A stretch of 64,000 bases of DNA from an uncultured Gammaproteobacteria bacterium (lineage in GTDB: Bacteria; Patescibacteriota; Microgenomatia; CAZETR01; Amesbacteraceae), in contig CAZIVL010000001.1 of NCBI GenBank assembly GCA_964543035.1, positions 303,736 to 367,735 on the forward strand, written 5' to 3'. The notes under the pieces were generated by a model that did not search any database, was not told the origin of the DNA, and saw nothing but the letters and a program-made list of their open reading frames with translations. How positions within the stretch are numbered: the stretch's first letter is position 1; every line of letters begins with the position of its first letter. The position numbers were made by a program, and so were the translations under genes. Positions 48,892-57,270 of the stretch are shown in pieces.

Positions 48892-50118
48892 TTGTATATG
48901 GCACTTGTAAAACCAGACGTCGGCAGGTTCGCAAAAATTAAAGTCATTGGTGTGGGTGGCGGCGGCGGCAATGCTCTAAACTCCATGATAACGAGCGGCA
49001 CGATAAGTGGTGTAGATTTTATTTCCGTAAACACCGATGCCCAAGTTCTCCTCACAAATCTCGCCGGCACAAAGCTTCAAATCGGGGACAACCTAACTCG
49101 GGGATTGGGATCAGGTGGCAATCCTGATATAGGTTCTCAAGCCGCCGAGGAATCTCGCGAGAAGATCAAAGAATATTTGGTGGATTCAGACATGATCTTT
49201 ATCACCGCCGGTATGGGCGGTGGCACGGGAACTGGAGCCGCCCCAGTTATTGCCGAGATTGCCAAAGAGCAAGGTGCTCTTACTGTAGCCATAGTCACCA
49301 AGCCGTTTGCTTTCGAAGGCGCCCGTCGCATGGTCAATGCCGAAGAGGGGATAGAGAGACTCAAAGACAAGGTGGATACCTTAATCGTCATCCCAAATCA
49401 GAGACTTTTGGATGTAGTCGATCGCAAGATGACACTCCTCGAGGCTTTTCGGGTGGCCGACTCAGTCCTCACTCAAGGAGTTCAAGGTATTTCCGATATC
49501 ATCACAGTACCTGGATTAATCAACGTAGATTTTGCCGATGTAAAGGCCATTATGAATGATGCCGGATCGGCTCTCATGGGTATTGGAAATGGTGTAGGCG
49601 ACAGTCGGGCTCAGATGGCAGCCAGGGCCGCCATCTCCTCCCCCCTTCTTGAAGTTTCTATAGATGGAGCCAAGGGAGTGCTTTTCAATATCACGGGTGG
49701 TCCGGATATGACCATGACCGAGGTAGACGAAGCCGCCCAGATCATTTCCGAAGCCGCCGATGCCGATGCCAACATCATTTTCGGAGCGGCAATTAACGAT
49801 AAGCTCATCGATCAGATGAAAATCACAGTCATTGCTACTGGCTTTGACGAGACCCGGTCCAGACTTGCCAGTATGGTAACTAGAACTACCAGGCCTGTTC
49901 ATACAGGCAGTCCCGTCTCAACCGGCTTAGTCTCAGAAAAACCGCTTCGCACTCCGCCTCCCCAATTTGTCCCCAGTCAACAGACTCAGCCGCAAGCCCA
50001 ATCTGACGACCAGTCAGACGATCAAAACCAACCAATCACCAATAACCAATCCCAAACAACTACAAGTATGTCCGAAGACGACTGGGACATCCCAGCCTTC
50101 CTAAGACAAAGAAAATAA
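48892..50118 (+). CDS. ftsZ: Cell division GTPase FtsZ
   Basis: GGGTGTG tubulin signature, [11 protein letters not shown]-terminal DIPAFLR peptide. Confidence 0.95.
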   Translation: MYMALVKPDVGRFAKIKVIGVGGGGGNALNSMITSGTISGVDFISVNTDAQVLLTNLAGTKLQIGDNLTRGLGSGGNPDIGSQAAEESREKIKEYLVDSDMIFITAGMGGGTGTGAAPVIAEIAKEQGALTVAIVTKPFAFEGARRMVNAEEGIERLKDKVDTLIVIPNQRLLDVVDRKMTLLEAFRVADSVLTQGVQGISDIITVPGLINVDFADVKAIMNDAGSALMGIGNGVGDSRAQMAARAAISSPLLEVSIDGAKGVLFNITGGPDMTMTEVDEAAQIISEAADADANIIFGAAINDKLIDQMKITVIATGFDETRSRLASMVTRTTRPVHTGSPVSTGLVSEKPLRTPPPQFVPSQQTQPQAQSDDQSDDQNQPITNNQSQTTTSMSEDDWDIPAFLRQRK

Positions 50119-50120
50119 AT

Positions 50121-50423
50121 ATGTCACAGAATACTCCTCCATCTCTCCGAGACCAAACAGATGCCATTGGTCGTTTAGCCAAATCAGGTGTAGAGGCGAT
50201 GGAAGTTCTACAAAAAGTTGAAAGGTCTCGGGCCAGAAATCTTGTCGACAGAGCCTATGCAGCCACAGCGGGAGTTTGCGCGCTGGCATTTCTCGGCTTT
50301 GAATTTATAGGGGACCGCCTTTTAACTCCAGGAGAATCTACTGTCGGTAAATACACGGCCCTTGGTATCGCAGCTATCGTTCTCATTATTTCGGCGATAG
50401 ATCGCAAAATAAACGAGGTTTAA
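50121..50423 (+). CDS. Small hypothetical protein with C-terminal TM helix
   Basis: 100 aa, immediately after ftsZ. Confidence 0.4.
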   Translation: MSQNTPPSLRDQTDAIGRLAKSGVEAMEVLQKVERSRARNLVDRAYAATAGVCALAFLGFEFIGDRLLTPGESTVGKYTALGIAAIVLIISAIDRKINEV

Positions 50424-50457
50424 GTAGACCCCACCTTCCTGCGCCAGAGAAAATAAT

Positions 50458-50649
50458 ATGAAAGTAGAGGCCCCAGTAGTGGTAGGAATTTTTACAACGG
50501 GAATAGTTGGGTTATTCTCGGTCTTGAACCAATACGAAACATTTTTGTCCAATCCAGATAACTTTGACCCAAAAATGTTTTTTGGAGGACTGCTATTATT
50601 GGCATCCATGACATATTTGGTTATTAGATGTAGGTCAGACAGGAGATGA
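50458..50649 (+). CDS. Small two-helix membrane protein
   Basis: 63 aa, two hydrophobic helices separated by an F..P..F turn. Confidence 0.35.
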   Translation: MKVEAPVVVGIFTTGIVGLFSVLNQYETFLSNPDNFDPKMFFGGLLLLASMTYLVIRCRSDRR

Positions 50650-50819
50650 TAAAAGACAGACTCCACAGGCGACTGGCCTATACAGCCCTCGCAGTTTCAA
50701 GCTTTGTAACAATTGATCAACTGTGGGGCACTCTATTTGGAGAGAAGTTTGATCCTGTGGTAGCACTCGGGTCTTTAGCTACAGCTATCGTGTGTGCTGT
50801 TCTTATATTGAAGAAATAA
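50646..50819 (+). CDS. Small two-helix membrane protein (not in ORF track, <60 aa)
   Basis: ATG 50646, 57 aa MIKDRLHRRLAYTALAVSSF...AIVCAVLILKK; 4-nt overlap with the previous small ORF; similar helix-turn-helix hydrophobic pattern. Confidence 0.3.
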   Translation: MIKDRLHRRLAYTALAVSSFVTIDQLWGTLFGEKFDPVVALGSLATAIVCAVLILKK

Positions 50820-50863
50820 GATATTTACTTGAACTGTCACATAATTTCTGATAAAGACAATAC

Positions 50864-51064
50864 ATGGATAGAGATTGGCTAAGAAGAACTCTTGCTTTAT
50901 CAGCTTTTATTGGAGAGTTGATAGCTGGTCCGGTCTTAATAACGTCTTTTCCTGAACAAGCTGGCACTCTGGTACAAGCTTGGATAGTCACACTAGTTGC
51001 TACCGCAGCATTAGGATGTGTCCCTGCCAATATCAATAATCCAGAAAGCCCCGCCGGTTTGTAA
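50864..51064 (+). CDS. Small two-helix membrane protein (questionable)
   Basis: 66 aa, hydrophobic; ends just before the ileS promoter. Confidence 0.25.
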   Translation: MDRDWLRRTLALSAFIGELIAGPVLITSFPEQAGTLVQAWIVTLVATAALGCVPANINNPESPAGL

Positions 51065-51075
51065 GTCGGATGTTG

Positions 51076-51238
51076 TATAATTATCAAGCAATACTTCGCG
51101 ATCAACGAAGTGCACTGGGGAAGAACGCTTGTCCTGAGCTTGTCGAAGGATCTTGCAAGTAGAACCCCACTCGAATTAAGAAGCAATCAAGGTGGTACCA
51201 CGCATTACATGCGTCCTTGTATTAATATATACAAGACC
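51076..51238 (+). promoter_or_regulatory. T-box riboswitch leader (isoleucine specifier AUC) of ileS
   Basis: TG-extended TATAAT 51076-81; hairpin CTTCG/CGAAG with terminal loop CGAUCAA (AUC+A at 51101-04); T-box AATCAAGGTGGTACCACGC 51185-51203; hairpins ACGCAT/ATGCGT and CTTGTAT/ATACAAG abutting the ATG. Confidence 0.65.
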
Positions 51239-54070
51239 ATGTTCAAATCAGTCTCATCTCAAGTAGATTTTATAGCTTTGGAAAAGGAGCTCCTCAAGTG
51301 GTGGTATGAAAGCGGCGTCGTAAAGAAATATCTTCAAAAAAACAAGGATAGTAAGACAAAATTCTCATTTTTAGACGGTCCAATTACAGCCAACAATCCC
51401 ATGGCCATTCATCACGCCTGGGGCAGGTCATACAAAGACTTGTGGCAAAAGTATCACACCATGAAAGGGGACGCCGGTCGTTATCAAAACGGTTTTGACT
51501 GCCAAGGGCTGTGGGTTGAAGTAGAAGTCGAAAAAGAGCTGGGCTTTAAGTCCAAAAAAGACATCGAGACCTATGGTGTGGCCAATTTTGTAAACAAGTG
51601 CAAAGAGAGGGTTTTAAAGTTTTCTGCCATGCAGACCGAACAGACAAAGAGATTAGGCAATTTCATGGATTGGGACAACTCTTATTTCACCATGTCCGAT
51701 GAAAACAATTATTGGATCTGGAAGTTTTTGAAGACTTGCTGGGAGAGGGGCTGGCTGTACAAAGGTCACGAGTCCATCCCCTGGTGCCCGAGGTGTGAAA
51801 CCGCTATTTCTCAGCACGAGATTCTGACCGAGGACTACAAAGAAGTCGTGCACGAATCGGTGTATCTAAAACTTCCATTGGTAAAAAATCCAGAAGAACA
51901 TCTACTAGTCTGGACTACCACTCCCTGGACCATTCCGGCAAACATCGCAGTGGCTGTAGACGAAAAGCTTGAATACGCTCTGGTGAATAAATGTTGGGTC
52001 GCAAAAGATGCGGTTGAGCGTCTGTTTGGCAAAGATGCTGTTGTTGAATCCACACTGTCAGGCAAAAAATTAGTAGGCCTCAAATACACCGGCCCTTTTG
52101 ATGACCTGCCCGCAGTTCAGGAAGTGGCCAGTCATCCTCTATTTCATACCGTCGTGGCCACTGATTCTCAGATCATGCCCATTACCATCACCGAAGGAAC
52201 TGGACTTGTTCATACTGCAGTCTCTGCTGGCCTGGAGGATTTTCAGCTAGGCAAAAAGCGAGGCTTACCCTTGATTCCAGTTATTCAAGATGACGCAAGT
52301 TACTTTGCCACCATGGGATTTTTATCCGGGAAAAACGCCAAAAAACATCCCGAGCTGGTGATCGACTATCTAAAGACTAATGACTATTTACTAAAGACTG
52401 AGCACTACAAGCATCGTTATCCTGGCTGTTGGCGTTGCAAGTCGGAGCTCGTTTGGAAAGTGGCCGACGAATGGTACATCGGTATGGACAAGCCCGATCC
52501 CACCCATCCTCAAAAGCAGACCCTAAGAGAGCAGATGGTCGAAGTTGCCAGGGAGATCAATTGGTTACCATCCTTTGGATTGGATCGCGAGCTGGATTGG
52601 CTAAAAAACATGCACGACTGGCTGATATCCAAAAAAAATCGTTACTGGGGACTCGCTCTTCCTATATATGAATGTGGCAGCTGTGGACATTTTGAAGTCA
52701 TAGGTGGCCGTGATGAGCTTCAGGATAAGGCAGTCGAGGGCTGGGACAAATTTGATGGCAACAGTCCCCACAAACCCTGGATCGATGAAGTCAAGATAAA
52801 GTGTTCAAAATGTGAGGCGACAGTCTCTCGCATACTGGATGTAGGCAACGTCTGGCTCGATGCTGGCATCGTGCCATTTTCGACTCTCCCCGCAGACTGG
52901 TTCCCAGCCGATTTCATTACAGAATCGTTCCCCGGTCAGTTCAAAAACTGGTTTTACTCCATGATTGTCATGAGTACCGTCATGGCCAAATCGATTCCTT
53001 TCAAGACCGTCTTGGGATATGCCACCGTTCTGGCCGAAGATGGCAAGCCCATGCATAAGTCGGCCGGCAACTATATAGAGTTCAACGAAGGTGCAGACAA
53101 GATTGGCGTCGACGTCATCCGCTGGATGTATGCCACCCACAAGCCCGAGGACAATATCCTATTCGGTTACAAAAAAGCTGACGAAACCAGACGTCAGTTT
53201 CATCTCATACTGTGGAACGTTTATAACTTCTTCATTACCTATGCAAATCTGGATAAATTCGAGCCTGAGAGTATCCCAGCCCACCTGTCAATGTCAGTTT
53301 TGGATAATTGGATATTTGTGCGGCTTTCCGAGACCATAAAATCAGTCACAGATTCCCTGGACAAATATGATCCCTTCGCAGCCTCGCAAGCTGTAGAAGA
53401 TTTTGTCTCGGACCTCTCGCTCTGGTATGTCAGGCGTTCCCGGGATCGCGTAGGTCCTACAGCCGTAGACCAAGAAGACAAAACATCTTGTCTCACTACT
53501 CTCTACACCGTGCTCACCACCTTGTCCAAATTGCTAGCTCCTTTTATGCCGTTTATGTCCGAAGAGATATACAAAAACCTTACCGGTGAGGAGTCAGTGC
53601 ATCTTTCCGATTGGCCCTCTTCCCAAAATCAAGCAGCTGCAGATCTAAAATTGATTGAGGATATGAAATTGGTCAGGAGGATTGTGGAGCAAGGGCTAGC
53701 CGCACGCAAAGCCGCCGGTATAAAAGTCCGCCAGCCACTCCAAAAAATTACGGTCACCTCGCCCGAGTTGGGGTCCGAGCTTGCTCAGCTCATAAAAGAC
53801 GAGCTAAATATCAAAGAAATAGTCTGGTCCAAAGGTGATGATCTGTCCGTCGTTTTGGACACTGATATCACTCCAGAGTTGCAAGAAGAAGGCCAGCTGC
53901 GCGAGCTCATGCGCACAGTTCAGGATCTGCGAAAAAGCCAAAACGCCAGACTCGACCAAAAGGTTATCCTTACTCTCATCGAAATGCCGACAAATCTGGA
54001 GGAACTCAAGCGCCAGGTATTGGCAAAAGAAGTAAGAGTTGGTCCAGAGGTTACAATAGAGTTGGTATGA
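51239..54070 (+). CDS. ileS: Isoleucine--tRNA ligase (divergent signature motifs)
   Basis: GFDCQGLWVE, WCPRCETAISQHEI...SVYLKL editing/CP1 hallmark, KMSKS-like PMHKSAGN; start at MFKSVSS after the T-box leader. Confidence 0.85.
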   Translation: MFKSVSSQVDFIALEKELLKWWYESGVVKKYLQKNKDSKTKFSFLDGPITANNPMAIHHAWGRSYKDLWQKYHTMKGDAGRYQNGFDCQGLWVEVEVEKELGFKSKKDIETYGVANFVNKCKERVLKFSAMQTEQTKRLGNFMDWDNSYFTMSDENNYWIWKFLKTCWERGWLYKGHESIPWCPRCETAISQHEILTEDYKEVVHESVYLKLPLVKNPEEHLLVWTTTPWTIPANIAVAVDEKLEYALVNKCWVAKDAVERLFGKDAVVESTLSGKKLVGLKYTGPFDDLPAVQEVASHPLFHTVVATDSQIMPITITEGTGLVHTAVSAGLEDFQLGKKRGLPLIPVIQDDASYFATMGFLSGKNAKKHPELVIDYLKTNDYLLKTEHYKHRYPGCWRCKSELVWKVADEWYIGMDKPDPTHPQKQTLREQMVEVAREINWLPSFGLDRELDWLKNMHDWLISKKNRYWGLALPIYECGSCGHFEVIGGRDELQDKAVEGWDKFDGNSPHKPWIDEVKIKCSKCEATVSRILDVGNVWLDAGIVPFSTLPADWFPADFITESFPGQFKNWFYSMIVMSTVMAKSIPFKTVLGYATVLAEDGKPMHKSAGNYIEFNEGADKIGVDVIRWMYATHKPEDNILFGYKKADETRRQFHLILWNVYNFFITYANLDKFEPESIPAHLSMSVLDNWIFVRLSETIKSVTDSLDKYDPFAASQAVEDFVSDLSLWYVRRSRDRVGPTAVDQEDKTSCLTTLYTVLTTLSKLLAPFMPFMSEEIYKNLTGEESVHLSDWPSSQNQAAADLKLIEDMKLVRRIVEQGLAARKAAGIKVRQPLQKITVTSPELGSELAQLIKDELNIKEIVWSKGDDLSVVLDTDITPELQEEGQLRELMRTVQDLRKSQNARLDQKVILTLIEMPTNLEELKRQVLAKEVRVGPEVTIELV

Positions 54071-55110
54071 AGATAGACTGGCGACTTGGAATTCCCATCC
54101 TTATCTTATTGTCCATCAGTCTGACTATCATAAAAAGTGTTGCCCCTTCAGTCTTTGTTAGCCAGCTTCTGTTTAGTCTGGTTTCTATAGTCTTTTTTGT
54201 GGTCTTTTCCCGTATCGATTATCAGATTTTTTTCTCCCTGTTTGTTCCTCAGTATTTTCTCTCTCTGATTTTTTTGGTCTTGCCTTATCTTTTTGGAGCC
54301 ATTAGCAGAGGGGCTGTAAGATGGCTTCAGATAGGCACTTTTTCACTCCAACCTTCAGAGATTGTCAAGCCATTTTTAGTCATCGCTTTTTGCAGTCTGG
54401 CAGTGTCGGGACTCCAAAACAAATTGCTGTGGCTCGTCGCGGCAATTCTCCCGCCCGCGGCTCTTATCTTTTTTCAGCCCGATTTGGGCACAACTTTAGT
54501 GGTATTGGTCGGCTGGATTGCAGTTGTGGTTACCAAGCTTTCCTTCAAAGATATTTTGGCCATTGGAATTGCTTTGTCTGTCTTGGCTTGGCCGGTTTAC
54601 CGTTTTGTCTTGCATGATTATCAACGGCAAAGACTCATTACATTTGTAAATCCCTACACCGATCCTCTAGGCCGCGGCTATCACGTAATCCAGTCCACAA
54701 TTGCCGTGGGTTCCGGTCAGTGGTTTGGTAGGGGATTGGGGCACGGCTCCCAGTCCCAGCTCCAGTTTCTGCCCGAGCACCACACCGACTTTGTTTTTGC
54801 CGCTCTTTCCGAAGAACTGGGATTGTTTGGAGGCAGTGTGGTCCTCCTAGTTCTCCTTCTGCTTTTATTTCGTATCTACCAGATCTCTCAGGCCACGACC
54901 GATCCTGCGGCTGCTCTTTTTAGTCTTTCGGTCCTCGTGATCCTGTTTTTCCAGTCTTTTGTAAATATCGGCATGAACATAGGCATTGCTCCCGTGACCG
55001 GGGTTACTCTCCCCTTTGTCTCATACGGAGGCTCGTCTCTGCTGTCCCTTGGCATTACTCTAGGTCTGGTCAGCTCCATTGCGAACAAGAGTGGCTCAAG
55101 GTATAATTAG
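54067..55110 (+). CDS. rodA: SEDS family protein (RodA/FtsW paralog)
   Basis: LQPSEIVKPFLVIAF, ALSEELGLFGG, PVTGVTLPFVSYGGSS. Confidence 0.85.
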   Translation: MKIDWRLGIPILILLSISLTIIKSVAPSVFVSQLLFSLVSIVFFVVFSRIDYQIFFSLFVPQYFLSLIFLVLPYLFGAISRGAVRWLQIGTFSLQPSEIVKPFLVIAFCSLAVSGLQNKLLWLVAAILPPAALIFFQPDLGTTLVVLVGWIAVVVTKLSFKDILAIGIALSVLAWPVYRFVLHDYQRQRLITFVNPYTDPLGRGYHVIQSTIAVGSGQWFGRGLGHGSQSQLQFLPEHHTDFVFAALSEELGLFGGSVVLLVLLLLLFRIYQISQATTDPAAALFSLSVLVILFFQSFVNIGMNIGIAPVTGVTLPFVSYGGSSLLSLGITLGLVSSIANKSGSRYN

Positions 55111-55114
55111 CCTC

Positions 55115-55426
55115 ATGCAGGCCGTCGTCAAGATCAATACTACCCAATATCTAGTCAGTCCCCAGGACGAAATCTCAGTTCCTCTTATGGACCAAACCGA
55201 AGGAGAAATAGTGTTTGACCAGGTATTTATGACCATCGACGGTGACAAGATCGCAGTCGGTCAGCCTACAGTGGCCGGGGCAAAAGTAACTGCGACCGTA
55301 ACCGGTACCAAAAAAGGAGAAAAAGTCCGAGTGTTTAAATTCAAAGCCAAGAGCAGGTATCGAAAAACCAAAGGTTTCAGAGCAAAATTCACGACTCTAC
55401 GCATTGATTCAGTCACTGCTAAGTGA
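55115..55426 (+). CDS. rplU: 50S ribosomal protein L21
   Basis: MQAVVKINTTQYLVSPQDEI... bL21 pattern, 103 aa; start at internal ATG. Confidence 0.9.
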   Translation: MQAVVKINTTQYLVSPQDEISVPLMDQTEGEIVFDQVFMTIDGDKIAVGQPTVAGAKVTATVTGTKKGEKVRVFKFKAKSRYRKTKGFRAKFTTLRIDSVTAK

Positions 55427-55436
55427 AAAGTAGCTT

Positions 55437-55465
55437 GACAATCGTGAAAAATATTTCTACTATAT
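55437..55465 (+). promoter_or_regulatory. Possible internal promoter in the rplU-rpmA spacer
   Basis: TTGACA 55437-42, 17-nt spacer, TACTAT 55460-65. Confidence 0.3.
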
Positions 55466-55473
55466 AAACAACT

Positions 55474-55719
55474 ATGGCAAGCACAAAAGCAGGTGGAGCC
55501 ACAAGGCAAAAAGGCAACCGTCGTGGTAAGCGACTGGGAGTCCGTATTTTTGGTGGTGAAAAAGTCATTGCAGGTCACATCTTAGTTCGTCAAAAGGGCT
55601 CAAACTTTAGGGCTGGAGATGGCGTTGGTATGGGTCGCGACTTTACACTTTTTGCTCTCAAAGAAGGAATATTGAAGTTTATAAAAAAACAGGGCAAGCG
55701 TTTTGCTACTGTCGTCTAA
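55474..55719 (+). CDS. rpmA: 50S ribosomal protein L27
   Basis: [29 protein letters not shown]...GRDFTLFA bL27 signature. Confidence 0.9.
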   Translation: MASTKAGGATRQKGNRRGKRLGVRIFGGEKVIAGHILVRQKGSNFRAGDGVGMGRDFTLFALKEGILKFIKKQGKRFATVV

Positions 55720-55722
55720 AGC

Positions 55723-56547
55723 ATGACTCAACAAATAATTGAGCTCGAAATCGATTCCCTCCAAGCCAATCCCCTCCAGCCTCGCGGTATCATTACTCCA
55801 GAATCTCTAGTAGATCTTGTCGATTCCATCCGTGAGCAGGGTATCCTTCAGCCTCTGGTCGTGGCCAAGACCCCCGCCGGCTACCAGATAATCGCCGGAG
55901 AGCGTAGGTGGCGCGCTTCCAAGCTCGCAGGTCTCAAGGTCGTGCCCGTCATCATCAAAGAGACCACTCCCCAAGGCATGCTCGAGATGGCCATCGTCGA
56001 AAATGTCCAGCGCTCAGACCTAAATCCAGTAGACCGCGCCAAGTCATTTGATAGACTTCTGCGAGAATTTTCACTTTCAAATAGCGAAGTAGCCCAGAGG
56101 ATTGGCAAGAGCCCGGCCTACATCAGCAATTCTCTCAGGCTTCTCACTCTCCCAGACGCTCTCAAAGACGGTCTTTTGACCGGTCTTATTTCCGAGGGTC
56201 ACGCCAGAGCCTTAGCTGCCATCGAAGACCCCAAGCAGATAGTCGAGGCCTACAAGATCATCCTCAAGGAAAATGGCTCAGTTAGACGCGCCGAAGAGCT
56301 GGCAAGGAAGATGCGGACTGCGTCTGGCAACAAGCCCAAAGGTAGCACCTTCCACCCCGCCCACGAAGTTTCAGAAGAGATCGATCTCATGCGAAAAAAT
56401 CTCGAAGCCGCCCTCGGCGGTCACCCCAAGGCCCAGACCAAATTGTCACGGTCCAGAGCCGAGACTAGGCTTCTTATTGTCCTCAAAGGTGGTATAGAAG
56501 AAACAGAAGAAAAACTCCAAAAGATCTACAAATCCCTCACTAGTTAG
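55723..56547 (+). CDS. parB: ParB/Spo0J partition protein
   Basis: ParB box GERRWRASKLAG, HTH region, 274 aa. Confidence 0.85.
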   Translation: MTQQIIELEIDSLQANPLQPRGIITPESLVDLVDSIREQGILQPLVVAKTPAGYQIIAGERRWRASKLAGLKVVPVIIKETTPQGMLEMAIVENVQRSDLNPVDRAKSFDRLLREFSLSNSEVAQRIGKSPAYISNSLRLLTLPDALKDGLLTGLISEGHARALAAIEDPKQIVEAYKIILKENGSVRRAEELARKMRTASGNKPKGSTFHPAHEVSEEIDLMRKNLEAALGGHPKAQTKLSRSRAETRLLIVLKGGIEETEEKLQKIYKSLTS

Positions 56548-57112
56548 TATATCTCTCGTGCGGCACAAAGCCGACGCGGTCCATTGGCCAGTATCTCACC
56601 CAAGCCTTGCCTACGATTGCTTTCTCAGATATCGGTCCCCATTCTCGAGAATCCGAGCTAAATCCGCGATTGTCTCCAAATACAATATAATAATTTGCCG
56701 GCACTCGGTACGGCACTCCCTCGCGCAAAAATGCCTTCTCAGACGTCACATAGTCATTTGGTAGATACATTTCAGGGAGTTGCCTGCCATCTACATACAC
56801 ATATCCGCTTTTAACCATCACGGTCTCGCCCGGAAGTCCTACAATGCGCTTGATAAAGTCACTATCATAAGGCGGTGGAGCATGAAATACGATTACATCC
56901 CCTCGCTGAGGCTTTGACTTGCGATAAGTGATCTTGTCGGTCAGGATGTATTCCCGGTCGTGAAAGTTGGGGTACATGGACCTGCCTTGTACCTGATGCG
57001 GCTGAGCAACTAGTAGATACACCATCATAAATACCGCAAACGCGAGTACCACCGGCTCCAGAGCATCTAGTATCAAAATGTTTCCTCTTCGCTTCTGAAA
57101 AAACTTTCTCAT
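56540..57112 (-). CDS. lepB: Signal peptidase I
   Basis: N-terminal TM, catalytic GRSMYP (Ser), GDNRGFSSDSREWG box; convergent 8-nt overlap with parB. Confidence 0.85.
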   Translation of the reverse strand: MRKFFQKRRGNILILDALEPVVLAFAVFMMVYLLVAQPHQVQGRSMYPNFHDREYILTDKITYRKSKPQRGDVIVFHAPPPYDSDFIKRIVGLPGETVMVKSGYVYVDGRQLPEMYLPNDYVTSEKAFLREGVPYRVPANYYIVFGDNRGFSSDSREWGPISEKAIVGKAWVRYWPMDRVGFVPHERYTN

Positions 57113-57184
57113 CGTTCTGTTTATTATAACGATCCCGCTCGAGTTTGCAACGCAAAACTGTTAAAATTTGCCCAATTCCAAGTT

Positions 57185-57259
57185 GGTCGCATGGCCCAGC
57201 TGGTCCAGGGCGCTTGATTCACATTCAGGAGATCCCAGGTTCGAATCCTGGTGCGACCA
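57185..57259 (+). tRNA. tRNA-Val (anticodon CAC)
   Basis: Cloverleaf folded by eye: acceptor GGTCGCA/TGCGACC, D-stem GCCC/GGGC, anticodon loop TTCACAT, T-arm CCAGG-TTCGAAT-CCTGG; CCA not encoded. Confidence 0.8.
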
Positions 57260-57270
57260 CACAACTTCCA

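Noticed and set aside
51110-51238. Long N-terminal extension of ileS (MHWGRTLVLS...)
   Set aside because: The extension covers the T-box leader, including the GGTGGTACC element and terminator/sequestrator hairpins. The IleRS homology begins at Met 51239.
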